A stretch of 32,000 nucleotides of DNA from Nanobdella aerobiophila (GCF_023169545.1 NZ_AP019769.1:510001-542000), one strand, 5' to 3'. Positions 17,850 through 27,889 are shown, counted from the first letter of the stretch. A program made the numbers and translations. The notes: generated by a model not told the origin, from the letters alone.

Positions 17850-18878
17850 ATGAATGATCAAAATGTAAAATGGACAATTCATAACGAAAATACTGAAAAA
17901 CAATTAGAAAAATCCGGATATGGTGTTTATAATCATTCTGCCGTAGAGATATGCCATTGGACAAAAGAAGCAATAGTAAATGGAAGAGGGTGCTATAAAA
18001 GAAAATTTTATAATATAGATACAGCCGGGTGCATGGAGATGACTCAGTCGGTAATGTGGTGTACAAATAGATGTACATTTTGTTGGAGACCAAATAAAAA
18101 ATTTGAGCCCTATCATGATATTTTACCTGAAAATAGTGTAGATTCTCCTGAAGAAACTATAGAAAATCTAAGAAAATTAAGAAAGAATCTATTGATCGGA
18201 TTTTATGGAAATCCAAAAGCTAACAAAAAGCTACTAGATAAATTTATTGATAAGCCTACTCATGTAACCTTCTCGCTATCTGGTGAACCTTTATTATACC
18301 CAAAGGTTGCAGAAAGTATATTATATATTAAAAAGAATTGGCCATGGATAAAGTCTATATTTATTGTAACATCTGGAGAGGTACCCGAAGCATTAGAAAA
18401 ATTAATATCCATGAATGCATACCCTACACAATTATATATATCATTTACAGGATCAAATCCAGATATGTATAGAAAGATATCTGTACCAATATATAAAGAT
18501 TATTGGGATAGATATCTAAGATCTTTAGAAATTGCTTCGAATATGAAAACTAGAAGAGTAGCAAGGTATACAATATTAAAAGGTATTAATGACGATAAAA
18601 AATACTATCCAGAATGGGCAAAATTATTAGAGTTATATAATCCACATTTTATAGAATTAAAGGGATATTCATTACTAGGATATTCTAGAGAAAGATTAAA
18701 GATGGAAAATGTTCCAAAACTAAATGAACTAATAGATTTTGCTGAAGGATTAGTAGAATATTTACCTGGATATGAGATATATGATAAAGATAAAGATTCT
18801 AGGATCGTATTAATAAAGAATAGAAGAAAAGGAATGGATATAGATCCTATTATAAAATCGGTAGAACCAAATATATAG
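17850..18878 (+). CDS. taw1: S-adenosyl-L-methionine-dependent tRNA 4-demethylwyosine synthase (radical SAM)
   Basis: 342 aa. MWCTNRCTFCWRP (CxxxCxxC radical SAM cluster), VTFSLSGEPLLYP, IKGYSLLGYSRERLKMENVP; Taw1/TYW1 hallmark sequences. Confidence 0.92.
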   Translation: MNDQNVKWTIHNENTEKQLEKSGYGVYNHSAVEICHWTKEAIVNGRGCYKRKFYNIDTAGCMEMTQSVMWCTNRCTFCWRPNKKFEPYHDILPENSVDSPEETIENLRKLRKNLLIGFYGNPKANKKLLDKFIDKPTHVTFSLSGEPLLYPKVAESILYIKKNWPWIKSIFIVTSGEVPEALEKLISMNAYPTQLYISFTGSNPDMYRKISVPIYKDYWDRYLRSLEIASNMKTRRVARYTILKGINDDKKYYPEWAKLLELYNPHFIELKGYSLLGYSRERLKMENVPKLNELIDFAEGLVEYLPGYEIYDKDKDSRIVLIKNRRKGMDIDPIIKSVEPNI

Positions 18879-19004
18879 CTATTTTAATCTTATTGGATGA
18901 GTTAATCTTCCAAACTTTTTAACAGTTGCCCAGTAAGGACCATATTCCTTTTCCCTTCTTTCTTTTATTTTTTTAATTTTAGCATAATATCTCTTAAAGA
19001 CCAT
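18879..19004 (-). CDS. Small basic ORF of 41 aa, not in the ORF track; faint eL39-like character
   Basis: MVFKRYYAKIKKIKERREKEYGPYWATVKKFGRLTHPIRLK*. Fills the gap immediately after taw1. The 'PxW..VK..GR..HP.R' string recalls archaeal ribosomal protein eL39. Confidence 0.4.
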   Translation of the reverse strand: MVFKRYYAKIKKIKERREKEYGPYWATVKKFGRLTHPIRLK

Positions 19005-19037
19005 AAAAAATAGATTCCTAAAAAAACTTAAAAATAA

Positions 19038-19829
19038 TTATAGTAAAAAGAAGAAACCTAAAGATATAAATACCAATATTATACTATGATAAATTCCTGA
19101 CTGTATTTTTCCTTTTGATATTTTTCCTATTACCAATCCGGTAAATATAGCATTTATTAATAGTAATATAAATGATATAAATCTATATGTACTTATCACC
19201 TGCTGATATCCGGACTTTGTTAAGAATAAAGATGAAGATTCTAAGTTTAATACCAAAAAATATATAATAGCTAAAGATAGCAATACTCCAAAAAATAAAC
19301 CATAATAAGTATAAGTGGTAATTTTTAATTGAGATAATCTATCTTTTCTTATAGTAGATAGATTTCTTATACTATCGGATAATGTATCTAATAGATTACT
19401 TAAATCTCCTCCATTTTTCATAACTTCATTTATGTTCAATAAAACTTCAGATATCTCTTTATTCTTAATTTTATTACTAACATCATTTAAAGCTTCATAG
19501 AATGTATTTCCATATTTCATTTGAGATACTATATATTTTATTATATTATCTAATTTCTTTCCATAAGAATTATTTAGTAAATTATATAAAGCAATAGGAA
19601 GTGGCTGACCAATCTTTAAATAATAAGAAAGGTCCCTTAAAAATAAAGGAAAATTATTTTCCATTTCTTCATCTTCCAAATATATAAATAAGTACTTAAC
19701 AAAGTATATTAAATATAATAAAGTTATAATACCTATTTTAAAAAATATGTTTATTTTAAATGGTAAAAAAATCAATAATATAGAAAAAATAGATACAGAT
19801 ACTATATATATTAATTCCTTTTTATTCAT
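19038..19829 (-). CDS. Type II/IV secretion system F-domain (TadC/FlaJ-like) membrane protein, half-size
   Basis: 263 aa. FPLFLRDLSYYLKIGQPLPIALYNL...YGNTFYEALNDVSNKI..., then three C-terminal TM segments; a single T2SF-like domain. Confidence 0.75.
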   Translation of the reverse strand: MNKKELIYIVSVSIFSILLIFLPFKINIFFKIGIITLLYLIYFVKYLFIYLEDEEMENNFPLFLRDLSYYLKIGQPLPIALYNLLNNSYGKKLDNIIKYIVSQMKYGNTFYEALNDVSNKIKNKEISEVLLNINEVMKNGGDLSNLLDTLSDSIRNLSTIRKDRLSQLKITTYTYYGLFFGVLLSLAIIYFLVLNLESSSLFLTKSGYQQVISTYRFISFILLLINAIFTGLVIGKISKGKIQSGIYHSIILVFISLGFFFLL

Positions 19830-22105
19830 TTATTATATTTGTACATCGAATCTAATAAAATTTTCTTTTCTGTTCTTAGGACTACCTCTCTTACTAATTC
19901 TATTGCATCTACATTTACAGATATAGAATCTATGCCAAATCTAACTAATTTTTCTGCGTAATCGGGCCTTGAACCTGCTTGTCCGCATAAAGATGTATAT
20001 ACATTATATTTTTTACATATACTTATTACCCTAGATACTAATTCTAATACTGCTGGATGTCCTTCATCCATCAATTTTTGCACTAATTCATTATTTCTAT
20101 CTACTCCCAAAGTTAATTGAGTCAAATCATTTGTTCCAAATGATATGAAATCAATACCTGCGTTCTTTATTATATCTTCTATAGTTAATGCGCCTGCAGG
20201 TGTTTCTACCATAATTCCGACCTTTACATCCTTGCCCGGAATTAATCCCTCTTCTTTGATAATTTGCTTTGCTCTATATACCTCTTCCCAAGATATTACA
20301 AATGGTAACATAATCCATAAGTTATTAAATCCTTTTTCTTTTATTAATTTTTTAAATGCTCTTATTTCTGCTCTAAATATAGCATCCTGATCTAAATCTC
20401 TTCTTATGCCGTGCCAACCTATCATTGGATTTGCTTCTATAGGCTCTTTCTCTCCGCCTTCCAAATTCTTATATTCATCAGTTCTCATATCTAAAGTTCT
20501 GACAATAACAGTTTTTGGATATATAATTCTTAATATTTCTTCTAATCTTTCTTCGATCATATTTGTAAATTCATCAAGTCTATTATTATCTAAATACCAT
20601 CTTGGATGCTTCCTATTTCTTAAAACAAGAAATTCCATTCTTAATAAACCAATACCATCTACAATATCCTTTACCTTACTTATAGTTTCTGGATAATCTG
20701 CTATAGCCATTATTTTTGTAGCAGAGATCTCTATAGGAGTAGATTTTACTACATTCTTTGCTATTTCTTTTTTTGTAAGATCTAAATTTATTTTTCCTTC
20801 ATATACAACACCATGTGTACCATCTACAGTAACTATATCACCATCCTTTAATAATTCAGTAGCCTTTTGAGTACCCACCACCGCAGGTTTTCCTAATTCT
20901 CTTGAAACTATTGCTGCATGAGAAAGATGTCCACCCTCATCAGTTATTATACCAGATGCCTTTGCCATTAATGGCTCATAATCTGGATTGGTCATCTTAG
21001 TTACTAAAATGTCACCTACCTCAAATTTATTAAATTCGTCCATAGATCTTATTATCTTTACTTTACCAGTACCAATTCCAGGGGATGCTGCAATTCCCTT
21101 TAATAATATTTTCTGATCTATATTTATATTATCTTTTACTTTATTATTTATTGTCGTTATAGCTCTTGTCTGAACAATATATATATTATCATCTATTGCA
21201 AATTCAATATCCTGTGGCCTTCCATAATGCTGCTCTAATGCTTTTCCATACTCTGCTAATCTTCTTATTTCATCATCCGATAAACATCTTGTATTTTGCA
21301 AATCCTGAGAAACATTTATATTTTTAGTTAAAGAATCCGGATCATATACTGTCATAATTTTCTTCTGATTTATTTTTACATTTAATATTTGTAATGTATT
21401 CTTATCTACAATATATTCATCTGGTATGACTTCTCCAGATACTATCGCTTCACCCAACCCCCATGAAGCTTCTATTATAATTTTTGATATATCATTATTT
21501 ACTGGTTCTGCAGTAAACATAACACCAGATTTCTTGGAAAATATTTGTTTCTGTATTACAACTGCTAATGCGACTTTATCATTGCTAAAATTCATTATTG
21601 ATCTATAATTAATAGCTCTTGCAGTCCATAATGAAGCCCAACATTTTTTAACACTATCTAACAGTGCATTTTCTCCTTTTACATTTAGATATGTAGCCTG
21701 TTCACCGGCAAAAGATGCATTTGGCATATCTTCAGCTGTAGCGGAAGATCTTACTGCTACATAAGTATTATCTTCATTAAATATTTTGGATAATTCTTTA
21801 TAATTGTTTAATATTTCATTCTTTAGATCTTCTGAAATATTTCCATGAATAAAAAGGTCCTGTATATCATTAGATGCTTTTCTTAATTGAGCAGGATTAT
21901 TTATATCTATTTTTGATAGTATTTCCTTTATTTTATTGTATATATTGTTATCATTTACAAATTTCCAATATGCATCTACTGTCAATACAAAGCCTGGCGG
22001 GACTGGCATATTTAATTTTGACATCTCTCCTAAATTAGCTCCTTTTCCACCTACTATATTTACATCATCTTTTGAAATATCTTTAAACCACTTTACGTAT
22101 ACCAT
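19826..22105 (-). CDS. ppsA: Phosphoenolpyruvate synthase
   Basis: 759 aa. VGGKGANLGEM, YVAVRSSATAEDMPNASFAGEQATYL, DEGGHLSHAAIVSRELGKPAVVG (phospho-His motif), SFGTNDLTQLTLGVDR, SLCGQAGSRP. Confidence 0.96.
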   Translation of the reverse strand: MVYVKWFKDISKDDVNIVGGKGANLGEMSKLNMPVPPGFVLTVDAYWKFVNDNNIYNKIKEILSKIDINNPAQLRKASNDIQDLFIHGNISEDLKNEILNNYKELSKIFNEDNTYVAVRSSATAEDMPNASFAGEQATYLNVKGENALLDSVKKCWASLWTARAINYRSIMNFSNDKVALAVVIQKQIFSKKSGVMFTAEPVNNDISKIIIEASWGLGEAIVSGEVIPDEYIVDKNTLQILNVKINQKKIMTVYDPDSLTKNINVSQDLQNTRCLSDDEIRRLAEYGKALEQHYGRPQDIEFAIDDNIYIVQTRAITTINNKVKDNINIDQKILLKGIAASPGIGTGKVKIIRSMDEFNKFEVGDILVTKMTNPDYEPLMAKASGIITDEGGHLSHAAIVSRELGKPAVVGTQKATELLKDGDIVTVDGTHGVVYEGKINLDLTKKEIAKNVVKSTPIEISATKIMAIADYPETISKVKDIVDGIGLLRMEFLVLRNRKHPRWYLDNNRLDEFTNMIEERLEEILRIIYPKTVIVRTLDMRTDEYKNLEGGEKEPIEANPMIGWHGIRRDLDQDAIFRAEIRAFKKLIKEKGFNNLWIMLPFVISWEEVYRAKQIIKEEGLIPGKDVKVGIMVETPAGALTIEDIIKNAGIDFISFGTNDLTQLTLGVDRNNELVQKLMDEGHPAVLELVSRVISICKKYNVYTSLCGQAGSRPDYAEKLVRFGIDSISVNVDAIELVREVVLRTEKKILLDSMYKYNK

Positions 22106-22163
22106 ATAAAAATAAAGAATCTTAGCTTTTATAAAAGAAACTACTCTCCTGATAGTAATAACT

Positions 22164-23816
22164 TTAATTTGTTAATTCTAATATCTCTTTCTTTTTTTGA
22201 TTATTTTCTTCTTCATCGTTATATTCTTTAATAAATCCTTCTATTATATCTTTATATTTATCTGCCAAATTTTCTGGATCTACTTCTTTCTTTAAATAAT
22301 TAATAGTTTCCTTATCTATATATTTATCGTATTTTCCATCTTTTATATCCTTAATTATATCTTTTATTTTATTATATAATTCTTGTTTATCTTTAAATCC
22401 CAATTCTTCTTTTAAATATCCAAATTCTCTAAATTCTTCAAGAGCTTCTACATTTCTATATATTACTGGTAAATATCCAAGTACTAAAGCTTCTAACGTA
22501 GATAATCCATAAGATTCCATATATGTAGGATTTATATACATCGCCTTCTTTGAATTGCCTAATGCTTTTAATAAACCTATATAATATAATACATAATTAT
22601 GAACAGAGCTACCGAAATCTTTTCCATAAATATGAATTTCTGCATTATGATGATTCTTTTTTATTTCTCTTAAAATTTCATGATCTTTAGAATCTTTTTT
22701 TAATCCATCAGATATTATAATTAATCCTATATCCATTTTATCTCTTAATAATCTTTCATACGCCTCTACAAGATCCTTAAAACCTCTTTCATAACTTGTT
22801 CTTCCTACATATAATAACCATATCTTATTACTATTTCCATATATATTGCTATAATAATCTTTAAAAGATTTTATTTCATCTTTATATATCTTTTCCAAAG
22901 ATACCATATATAAAGGTTCATGAAGTATAGTAAATTTATTTATTTTTATTTTATCTTGATATTCTGAATCCTTAAAGAATGTATTTATATGATAAATAAG
23001 ATCTTTTACTTCAGAATACATGCTCCAAGATGGAAATATTGATAAACCATCCTTGGCTCTTAAAAGAGAGTTTATATAATACATCATTCCTAATCTTATC
23101 CAATCATATTTTTTTCTAAATCGTAAAATCCTCTTATCATCTGTATTAGAGATATATAGTTCATCCAATAAGTCAAATAAATCTTTTATTAGCTCTTTAT
23201 CCGTTCTTCCTTTTTTCAATCTTTTTTCAAATAGATTATATATCCTTTCTACATGTTTTGCTGGTAAATTCATTCTATTATTTTCTATTTCATTCTTAAA
23301 GGCCAATAAAATATCTGCAACATAATCGCTATGGAAAACATAAGCAAAATTTTGCTTATATAATTCATTTATCTTTGCTGAGAATTCTTCATTAAAGAGA
23401 TTAAGACTCATGTTCGCATATAATTTTGGATATTCATTTATTATAGTATCCAGATTTACTCTTTTGGAATTTTTATCCTTAATATATTCAGAATTATAAA
23501 AATAATAAACAATATCTATCAATTTTCTTTCTTTATACTTGTTATACAAATCCTGAAAATTTAATTTATATAATTCTTTTATCTCATTATCATCCTTTAT
23601 TCTTAGTCCTAATGAATATAAATTTATACTAATTTTATCTTTTAATTTTTCATAAACATTTAATAAAGATAATAAAAGTCCAATACTATATGTTTTTGTT
23701 CCGCCGGTCCATCTATTATCCAAAATAACATCGATAGGAATTCTACTATCTTCAATATCTTTATCAGTAACAATTTCATCATTTTTTAATTTTCTTAATT
23801 GTTTAGTTACTACCAT
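22164..23816 (-). CDS. GT-B fold glycosyltransferase (GT4-like)
   Basis: 550 aa. DNRWTGGTKTYSIGLLLSLL at the N-terminus and C-terminal WLLYVGRTSYERGFKDLVEAYERL...YINPTYMESYGLSTLEALVLGYLPVIYRN (E-x7-E motif). Confidence 0.8.
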   Translation of the reverse strand: MVVTKQLRKLKNDEIVTDKDIEDSRIPIDVILDNRWTGGTKTYSIGLLLSLLNVYEKLKDKISINLYSLGLRIKDDNEIKELYKLNFQDLYNKYKERKLIDIVYYFYNSEYIKDKNSKRVNLDTIINEYPKLYANMSLNLFNEEFSAKINELYKQNFAYVFHSDYVADILLAFKNEIENNRMNLPAKHVERIYNLFEKRLKKGRTDKELIKDLFDLLDELYISNTDDKRILRFRKKYDWIRLGMMYYINSLLRAKDGLSIFPSWSMYSEVKDLIYHINTFFKDSEYQDKIKINKFTILHEPLYMVSLEKIYKDEIKSFKDYYSNIYGNSNKIWLLYVGRTSYERGFKDLVEAYERLLRDKMDIGLIIISDGLKKDSKDHEILREIKKNHHNAEIHIYGKDFGSSVHNYVLYYIGLLKALGNSKKAMYINPTYMESYGLSTLEALVLGYLPVIYRNVEALEEFREFGYLKEELGFKDKQELYNKIKDIIKDIKDGKYDKYIDKETINYLKKEVDPENLADKYKDIIEGFIKEYNDEEENNQKKKEILELTN

Positions 23817-23876
23817 ATTATAATTATACCAATAGAAACATTTATAAATAATCTTTTAGTGCTTCTTTTAAAAAAA

Positions 23877-24689
23877 TTATGAAACTACATATGGGCTTGG
23901 TGGCTGATCTTTAGATGCTGGATTTTGTTGATGTGTTGATTGAGTTGGATTATTAAGAGCTTGACTAGCTGGCGAATAGTTAGATTTTGCTAATTGACTT
24001 AAATAATCTTTATCACCTGCTACCCCTAGATTCATTAAATATTCTGCAAGCTTTTCTAATCCGATCATTTCTTTTATAGCTAATAGATTAGTTCCTACTT
24101 TTTGTACATAAGCATTTATTAAAGAAGAATATGCTCTTGATAACTCATTATAGCTTATATCTCCTTGTTTTCCTTCATTTATTATCTTATTATACGCATT
24201 ATTAATAAGTTCATATCTTAAAGCATATAAAGAGTTTAAGTATTCCCTAGCTCCTGCTTCAAAATCTTCTTTAGTTTTAAATCCTAACTCCTTTCCAAAG
24301 ATTCTATATAATTGTTCTATATCTCTATCATATTCTCCTCTTTTAGTGCTAAATTTAGGTTGAGAATCTCTATTATTTACAAGCAATCCTGCATAGAATA
24401 ATGCTAAACCAAATTTATTGGTATTATTCATAGTACCTACTAATTTTGATAATAAGTAATCTGCAGGCGCTTCACCCAATCCAATATAGTATGGATTAAA
24501 CTCTTTTTTCATAAATTCTTTATCATAGCCTTTCTCTCTTCCTAATAATTTTTCCAATTCAGATTTTTTTTCTTTTAATACCATGAATTGCGTATCTAGA
24601 TCCCCTTTTCCCAAATCTTTTGTATGATTTAGTATATAATCTATTGCTAATTTTTCAGAATCGGGATTGACAGGTATATTTACAGACAT
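23877..24689 (-). CDS. Hypothetical protein with low-complexity Q/S/P tail
   Basis: 270 aa soluble helical protein ending in QALNNPTQSTHQQNPASKDQPPSPYVVS; no family recognised. Confidence 0.55.
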   Translation of the reverse strand: MSVNIPVNPDSEKLAIDYILNHTKDLGKGDLDTQFMVLKEKKSELEKLLGREKGYDKEFMKKEFNPYYIGLGEAPADYLLSKLVGTMNNTNKFGLALFYAGLLVNNRDSQPKFSTKRGEYDRDIEQLYRIFGKELGFKTKEDFEAGAREYLNSLYALRYELINNAYNKIINEGKQGDISYNELSRAYSSLINAYVQKVGTNLLAIKEMIGLEKLAEYLMNLGVAGDKDYLSQLAKSNYSPASQALNNPTQSTHQQNPASKDQPPSPYVVS

Positions 24690-24753
24690 ATAGTATTATT
24701 CCACTTAAAACTTATAAACCTTTCTATACTTTTTACCAAAAGTAAATAAAAAA

Positions 24754-25146
24754 TTATTTCTTTAATAAAGTATCTAAAGCCTTTATCAATTCATCTAACA
24801 ATTGTTTACTTTCACCAGGTTCAACAATTGCTGCTGCTGCAGCTTGAGTATGTAAACCGCAAGCTTGTCCTAATTTTTCTTTAGATGAAACATAAACATA
24901 TCTAACACCTTTCTCTTCAGATAGTTCTGGTAAATGCATTACTATATCTGCTGGATCTACATCTAAAGCTATTGCTACCAATTTTGCCTGCCCTCTATCT
25001 ACTGCTTTTGTAACTTCATTAGTTCCTTTCTTTAATTTTCCTGTTGATTTTGCCTTTTCAAATGCCTCATATACTTTTGCTTCATAGTTCTGTATAAATG
25101 TATTTAATACATCTTCTGACCATTTTACGTATGGAGCTGTCATCAT
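24754..25146 (-). CDS. rpl7ae: Ribosomal protein L7Ae
   Basis: [68 protein letters not shown], a nearly canonical L7Ae kink-turn-binding sequence. Confidence 0.96.
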   Translation of the reverse strand: MMTAPYVKWSEDVLNTFIQNYEAKVYEAFEKAKSTGKLKKGTNEVTKAVDRGQAKLVAIALDVDPADIVMHLPELSEEKGVRYVYVSSKEKLGQACGLHTQAAAAAIVEPGESKQLLDELIKALDTLLKK

Positions 25147-25209
25147 GATCTCATCATCTATCTAAAAAAAATATTTTATGAAAAGGTTTAAAAAACAATA
25201 AAAGATATT

Positions 25210-25476
25210 TTACATCCCCTCTTCCATAGAATCGTCAAAAGATTCTTCAGAAGATTGAGAAGAAGCTTCTTGTGAAGAGGATGCTTCCCCTGAAGGTTCA
25301 GCTACTATATAACTAGGACCTACTTTTACAACCTTAACATTTCCCTTCCATCCAACTGTAACATTCTTCACAAAACAAGCTATACCTTTCACCCTAGCAA
25401 ATCCATCTCCTCTTTGCGTCAAACTCTTTATTTCTACCTCATAGATCTCTCCTACTTTTATGCCTCTAACTACCAT
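25210..25476 (-). CDS. TRAM domain protein with Ser/Glu-rich tail
   Basis: 88 aa. VGEIYEVEIKSLTQRGDGFARVKGIACFVKNVTVGWKGNVKVVKVGPSYIVAE. Confidence 0.85.
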   Translation of the reverse strand: MVVRGIKVGEIYEVEIKSLTQRGDGFARVKGIACFVKNVTVGWKGNVKVVKVGPSYIVAEPSGEASSSQEASSQSSEESFDDSMEEGM

Positions 25477-25507
25477 TGAATTATTATTATATAACTAATA
25501 TATAAGT

Positions 25508-27412
25508 TTATTTATTCAATATTTTTTTACCCGTTTCAACAATACTGTTTGTCTCATTAAATAATTCATTTAATATTTTCATATAATCCTCTCTACCTTC
25601 AGATATTCTATCCATAATATCTTCTAGATCTCTTGTTCTTTTCTCAGAAACAAAATCATGAAAATATTTTTCAAGAAACAAATATACTTCAATTCCCAAT
25701 TTAGTTGGTATCAGATTATTACTCTTATCAATTACATATCCCCTACCCATTACTTTTTTTATTATAGTTGCATAAGTCGATGGCCTACCTATATCTTTTT
25801 CTTTCATTAGATTTATAATATCAGCTTGAGAAAATAATCTTAATTTAGGTACTTTCTTACCATATATATCCTTTATTTTTAGATTATTTTGTATAGGATT
25901 AATTTTTAAAACATTTATTCTAAATGGATAAACTAAGTTCCATCCATCTTCTTTTACATCTTTTATACCAGATAGTTCTATTTCTTTTTCTATATATGGT
26001 ATCCTTATTTTTTGAATATATTTGTTTACTATTGTATACTTCATCTGCGATTGTATAAATCTAGCAAATATTAGATCATAGACTATATAATGTCTTCTAG
26101 TCATATTAATATATATTTCTATATCTCCATTTTCTATTGATTCTTTTAGTTTTTGAGAATCCAGTGGTTTTGTTGGTCTTATCGCCTCATGAGCACCACC
26201 TTCTCCCCATGATCTAGGATAAAAATATTTTTCTCCAAATTTTTGGTTTATATATTCCTTTGCTAAGGAAATACCAAAAGAAGATATCCTTGTAGAATCT
26301 GTTCTATGATATGTAATTAAAGAGGATTCAAATAATTCCTGTAATATTTGCATTATTTTATCTGCCCCAATTTTTAACAAATTATTAGCATCTTGCAATA
26401 TAGTACTTGTAATATACGGTGGTAAAGGTTCTAATTTTTCCTCATATTCTTTATAATCTATTATATATATATTATTATCTTTTAATTCTTTTATTGCCTT
26501 ATTTACCTCCTTTCTTGTCTTAAAATCAGTATCAATATATAATTTTCTATCATTTTCTAATGTTATATCCAATATATAGACTTTTGATTTATTCCTTTCA
26601 TTAAATCTATTTATTATCCATCCTAATATCGGTGTTTGGACTCTACCAGCTGATAACCACAATTTATTATAATAATTTTGAACTATACTAGATAAACTAA
26701 ATCCAATCCATCTATCCTCTATCCTCCTAACAATCTGAGATTTGACTAAATTTAAATTTATATCCCTTAGGTTATTTATTGCATTTATTATAGAATTTTT
26801 TGTAACTTCATGAAATTCCGCCCTCTTTATATTATTATTATAAGGATTTAAGACCAAAAATAATGAATAAGCAATCATTTCCCCCTCTGTATCTGGATCT
26901 GTACCAATTACTATCTGATCAACTTCTTGAGCCAATTCCTGTAAAGCCTTTATCCTATTTATAGAATCATCTATATTACTAGAACCACAATATGGACATT
27001 TTCCATCTTTATACTCCGTAAACTGATTATTACATTCTAAACACCTTTTAATTGTTGTATAGTATGGTATCAACAATTTTTCATTTTTTTCTATACCAAA
27101 TAACCCAATATTCTCCGTAGTTAATTCCAATATATGGCCTCTAGATGCTGTAATTATTAAATGAAGATTACCTAAAGAAATTTCATACACAGGTATACCA
27201 TTTAAATTTCTTATTGATGGTCTACCAAAAAATGATGCTATCGTCCTAGCCTTATTAGGCGATTCAACAATAAATAAAATTACCTTCATTAATTCATCTT
27301 TTTTGACCTCTATCCTTCCTTCTTTTATATCTCTTATTAATCTTCTCTCATCTTCTATTTCTTTCCTTATTTTATCTAGATCTATTTCTGATAGATCTTT
27401 TAAAAAATACAT
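25508..27412 (-). CDS. Topoisomerase (IA) half of a split reverse gyrase
   Basis: 634 aa. ILFIVESPNKARTIASFFGRPSIRNLNG, Zn finger CLECNNQFTEYKDGKCPYC, GTDPDTEGEMIAY, EFHEVTKNSI, IVRRIEDRWIGFSLSS, LSAGRVQTPILGWII, catalytic-Tyr region LITYHRTDSTRIS, EGGAHEAIRPT. No helicase domain is attached. Confidence 0.9.
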   Translation of the reverse strand: MYFLKDLSEIDLDKIRKEIEDERRLIRDIKEGRIEVKKDELMKVILFIVESPNKARTIASFFGRPSIRNLNGIPVYEISLGNLHLIITASRGHILELTTENIGLFGIEKNEKLLIPYYTTIKRCLECNNQFTEYKDGKCPYCGSSNIDDSINRIKALQELAQEVDQIVIGTDPDTEGEMIAYSLFLVLNPYNNNIKRAEFHEVTKNSIINAINNLRDINLNLVKSQIVRRIEDRWIGFSLSSIVQNYYNKLWLSAGRVQTPILGWIINRFNERNKSKVYILDITLENDRKLYIDTDFKTRKEVNKAIKELKDNNIYIIDYKEYEEKLEPLPPYITSTILQDANNLLKIGADKIMQILQELFESSLITYHRTDSTRISSFGISLAKEYINQKFGEKYFYPRSWGEGGAHEAIRPTKPLDSQKLKESIENGDIEIYINMTRRHYIVYDLIFARFIQSQMKYTIVNKYIQKIRIPYIEKEIELSGIKDVKEDGWNLVYPFRINVLKINPIQNNLKIKDIYGKKVPKLRLFSQADIINLMKEKDIGRPSTYATIIKKVMGRGYVIDKSNNLIPTKLGIEVYLFLEKYFHDFVSEKRTRDLEDIMDRISEGREDYMKILNELFNETNSIVETGKKILNK

Positions 27413-27690
27413 TATATCTGTGCCAAAGACACAGAAATAATTTCTGAATTTCCAACCCCCTCTATAGAATTAATATTATTTAATAATTCTTCTTCGCTAA
27501 ATTCTTTATCTGGATATAAAAATTTAATCATTAGTACATTTAGTCCAAAAGCAACTGGTTGTTTTTCATAGGATAAAAAATTGCCTCCAAATTCTTTAAT
27601 TTTGTCCTTTATTGCTTCATTTAATTTATCTAAATCTAAATCTATATCATTTGGAGATACCTTTAATGTTATAACAACATATCTATCCAT
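27412..27690 (-). CDS. ef1b: Archaeal translation elongation factor 1-beta
   Basis: 92 aa. ITLKVSPNDIDLDLDKL...QPVAFGLNVLMIKFLYPDKEFSEEEL...IEGVGNSEIISVS. Confidence 0.88.
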   Translation of the reverse strand: MDRYVVITLKVSPNDIDLDLDKLNEAIKDKIKEFGGNFLSYEKQPVAFGLNVLMIKFLYPDKEFSEEELLNNINSIEGVGNSEIISVSLAQI

Positions 27691-27691
27691 T

Positions 27692-27865
27692 TTAAGGTCC
27701 TATAAATCCACATTTAGAGCATTGCCACTCTAAGCCTAATAGTTTTTCCCTATTACTTCTAATTATAGTTTCTTCTCCACATTTTGGACATGGAAATTTA
27801 ATTATAGTATCTCCTACAATAATTTTCCTTAGATTATTTGTCTTTTTTATATCATCTATATCCAT
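27692..27865 (-). CDS. Small archaeal Zn-ribbon protein (COG2888-like, HVO_2753-type), missing from the ORF track
   Basis: My translation: MDIDDIKKTNNLRKIIVGDTIIKFPCPKCGEETIIRSNREKLLGLEWQCSKCGFIGP* (57 aa, two CxxC pairs). Located directly upstream of aEF1B, its usual neighbour in archaea. Confidence 0.85.
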   Translation of the reverse strand: MDIDDIKKTNNLRKIIVGDTIIKFPCPKCGEETIIRSNREKLLGLEWQCSKCGFIGP

Positions 27866-27889
27866 AAAGATCTAATATATGCAAATAAT

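Noticed and set aside
17721-18116. Small ORFs 17721-17903 (+), 17848-18093 (-) and 17904-18116 (-)
   Set aside because: Overlap taw1, which has unambiguous radical SAM motifs.
20145-21608. Three plus-strand ORFs inside ppsA
   Set aside because: Antisense shadows of a strongly identified gene.
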